NCBI GenBank assembly: GCA_016208905.1
Contig: JACQXG010000004.1
Span: 1 to 57,580 of the forward strand
Source of the DNA: Nitrospirota bacterium
GTDB taxonomy: Bacteria > Nitrospirota > Thermodesulfovibrionia > UBA6902
Reading direction: 5' to 3'
Length of the DNA: 57,580 nucleotides
Shown here: in pieces, positions 55,512-57,580 of the stretch
Layout of the letters: each line of letters starts with the position of its first letter
Position numbering within the stretch: the stretch's first letter is position 1
Program-made: the position numbers and the translations under genes
Notes under the pieces: generated by a model
What the model was told of the DNA's origin: nothing
The model's input: the letters and a program-made list of their open reading frames with translations, nothing else
Database searches by the model: none

Positions 55512-55645
55512 TTAGCGGGCTGCCTGATATTTCCTTCATTGCAGATATATTTACAAAACCTTTACACACATTAACAGCACATTTACAAAATAACCTGCTA
55601 ACTTTAAATCAGATAGTAAGCATTTAAAGACGGAGGACAGATTTT

Positions 55646-55780
55646 ATGGTCGCATTGGGATTGAGGATAAAAGTATCCCCTGAGAAATCAGAACAGATAA
55701 AAAAGATGCCCGGTAGTTGCGATAGCCTGAGGGTCAGTAATATTACTGCCGATCACGACAGGACCGTGAAGGACAAATAG
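55646..55780 (+). CDS. Possible 44-aa ORF or NapD-like remnant upstream of the nitrite reductase
   Basis: GGAGG SD then MVALGLRIKVSPEKSEQIKKMPGSCDSLRVSNITADHDRTVKDK; weak resemblance by eye to NapD N-termini. Confidence 0.3.
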   Translation: MVALGLRIKVSPEKSEQIKKMPGSCDSLRVSNITADHDRTVKDK

Positions 55781-55962
55781 ATTTTATGAGTATTGACAAC
55801 GCAATATTATAGTGATATGAAGAATGCAAGAGGCGGAAATGGTAAAAACAAAAATATTAAGTGACATCATTAATTAAAACAAAAAAGGAGGTGAGAGACA
55901 TTTTATTAAAACAAGGATGTTAGCTTTTATGCAGGATATTAAAAGGAGGGAGGGTATCTGAA

Positions 55963-57580
55963 ATGACGAAAAAATATTATGTCTTATTTGCAGCGCTGAT
56001 TGCGCTAGTTGTAACAATCGGAATTTATTATTCGAGCGTACATGCACAATACGAAGGCGCAGCCGCCAAGAAAGCAGCGCCGACTGTTCAAAAAGAAAAA
56101 GATGTGAAGGTCCAAGCCTGTTATGACTGCCATGACAATATCGAGGAGTTTCACAAGTCGGGCAAGCATGCAAAGGTCAATTGCGCAAACTGTCATAAGG
56201 AGCTGGACAAGCATTTGAAGGCTGCCGAAAATCAGACTCCGGAAACAAGACCGGTGACAGACACATCATGGGAGGCCTGCGGGGCGTGTCATAAAGAGCA
56301 GTACAACAGCTTTTTAGAGACGGCCTATCACCGGCCTGCGAGAGATGAAAAATCTCAACTTACGAACAGGTCTCCAAACCCGTTCTGGGAAAAGCTGATG
56401 GCAGGACACGGGTTTACAAAAGAGCATAATCTCACAAGAAGCCACAATAAGATGCTCATTGACCATCTTATTGTAGACAGGTCCTACGGCGGACGGTTCC
56501 AGGGGAAGAACGGCTGGGAGTATATGTTCGAAACCGGGAAGGCGTGGGACATTCTGCAGGACAATTATCCTGATGTTGCGGAACACAAGGCCTTTATCCC
56601 GCAGAGCGCGGCCGCGGCAAACCCTGTTTGCCTGCAATGCAAATCCCAGGACCAGATCCTTAAATGGTCCTATATGGGCGACCCTGTCCCGGGCACTACG
56701 TGGTCCAGGACATCAAAAGTCTTCGAGTTTGTAAAAGACCTCAAGCACGGACTCAACTGTATTTACTGCCATGACCCTCACGCTGCAAAACCGAGGATCG
56801 TGCGCGACGGATTGATTCAGGCCCTCACAAGGCCGGCGGCTGATACACTTTGGCACAAAGATCCTAACAGGACCGGCATAAAGGTGTACGATCTGGGCTT
56901 GAGAGGTTTTACGAGGAAGATAGCGCTGCTCGATAAATACGATACAAGGTTGCAATGCGGGCAGTGCCATGTGGAATACAACTGCAATCCTGGGTATGAC
57001 CCGAAGAACCCGGATACATCAAAGTATTCGATAACAATGACGGACCAGAGGACAAACCACTTCCCGTATAAAGACGTTTTCGGGCTGTATGATCACTATG
57101 TCAATCAAGTCGGCTTCCTCGACTTCAAGCATGCCCTGACCGGAGGTTTGTTATGGAAGGCACAGCATCCTGAGTCAGAGGTGTATTATAATTCAAAACA
57201 TGCCAAGGCCGGAGCAGGTTGCAATGACTGTCATACGCCGAAAGTGAAAGACAAAAAGACAGGCAAGGTCTACACGTCTCACTTTGCAGTTACCCCAAGG
57301 GTACAGCTTAAGGAAACTTGTCTCAAGTGTCATCCAAAATGGACAGAAGAACAAGCGAAATACTCTATTGACTCTGTAAAGGCGCACATAAGAGGCAAGA
57401 TGAGAAAGGCCGAGTACTGGCTGACTGTCATAATCGACAAGATAGTTGCGGCAAAGAAAGCAGGAGTAGATGCCGAGATCATTAAACAGGCTCAGGACCA
57501 GCGTCTTAAGGCGCATATCCTGTGGGAATTCTGGACCGCTGAAAACTCAGACGGTTTCCACAATCCACAGATGGCAAGAG
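55963..57580 (+). CDS. Octaheme cytochrome c nitrite reductase (TvNiR/ONR type, NrfA superfamily), 3' end outside window
   Basis: AGGAGG SD, signal peptide; heme motifs CYDCH, CANCH, CGACH, CLQCK, CIYCH, CGQCH, CNDCH, CLKCH; CHVEYNC, KAQHPE, AENSDGFHNP; no stop before window end. Confidence 0.93.
   Translation, partial: MTKKYYVLFAALIALVVTIGIYYSSVHAQYEGAAAKKAAPTVQKEKDVKVQACYDCHDNIEEFHKSGKHAKVNCANCHKELDKHLKAAENQTPETRPVTDTSWEACGACHKEQYNSFLETAYHRPARDEKSQLTNRSPNPFWEKLMAGHGFTKEHNLTRSHNKMLIDHLIVDRSYGGRFQGKNGWEYMFETGKAWDILQDNYPDVAEHKAFIPQSAAAANPVCLQCKSQDQILKWSYMGDPVPGTTWSRTSKVFEFVKDLKHGLNCIYCHDPHAAKPRIVRDGLIQALTRPAADTLWHKDPNRTGIKVYDLGLRGFTRKIALLDKYDTRLQCGQCHVEYNCNPGYDPKNPDTSKYSITMTDQRTNHFPYKDVFGLYDHYVNQVGFLDFKHALTGGLLWKAQHPESEVYYNSKHAKAGAGCNDCHTPKVKDKKTGKVYTSHFAVTPRVQLKETCLKCHPKWTEEQAKYSIDSVKAHIRGKMRKAEYWLTVIIDKIVAAKKAGVDAEIIKQAQDQRLKAHILWEFWTAENSDGFHNPQMAR

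Noticed and set aside
1-57580. rRNA, tRNA, IS transposase, integrase, prophage or defence genes
   Set aside because: None recognised by eye; tRNAscan-SE, Infernal and ISEScan would be needed to exclude them formally.

Overview
Bacterial chromosomal window with AT-rich intergenic stretches. Gene content and style suggest an anaerobe of the Nitrospirota (Thermodesulfovibrionia) or Desulfobacterota; this is inference only. Core genes: adenine deaminase, greB, ppdK, glyQS, AmiC-type amidase, livJHMGF, purN, sppA, tldD, lpxC and an MTAP/PNP-family phosphorylase. The ORF track misses or splits three genes: (1) a selenocysteine-containing cytoplasmic formate dehydrogenase (34172-36862, in-frame TGA at 35228) followed by NuoE- and NuoF-like subunits; (2) an octaheme cytochrome c nitrite reductase starting at 55963 and running off the window; (3) a 53-aa four-Cys protein at 25252-25413. 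The most unusual architectures are a T2SS secretin GspD with a C-terminal subtilisin-propeptide-like domain plus a SPOR domain, an orphan PhnD-like binding protein paired with a CxxCH-bearing GGDEF-EAL sensor, a PilZ-zinc ribbon-sigma54 activator, four sigma54-type promoters (three before small unknown genes including a four-repeat GHP..PWF protein, one before lpxC), and a NifU/HxH-membrane/DUF1858 cluster with two CRP/FNR-like boxes. Several REP/MITE-like and short tandem intergenic repeats occur. No rRNA, tRNA, CRISPR array, transposase or prophage was recognised. All calls come from reading motifs by eye; no database search was run.
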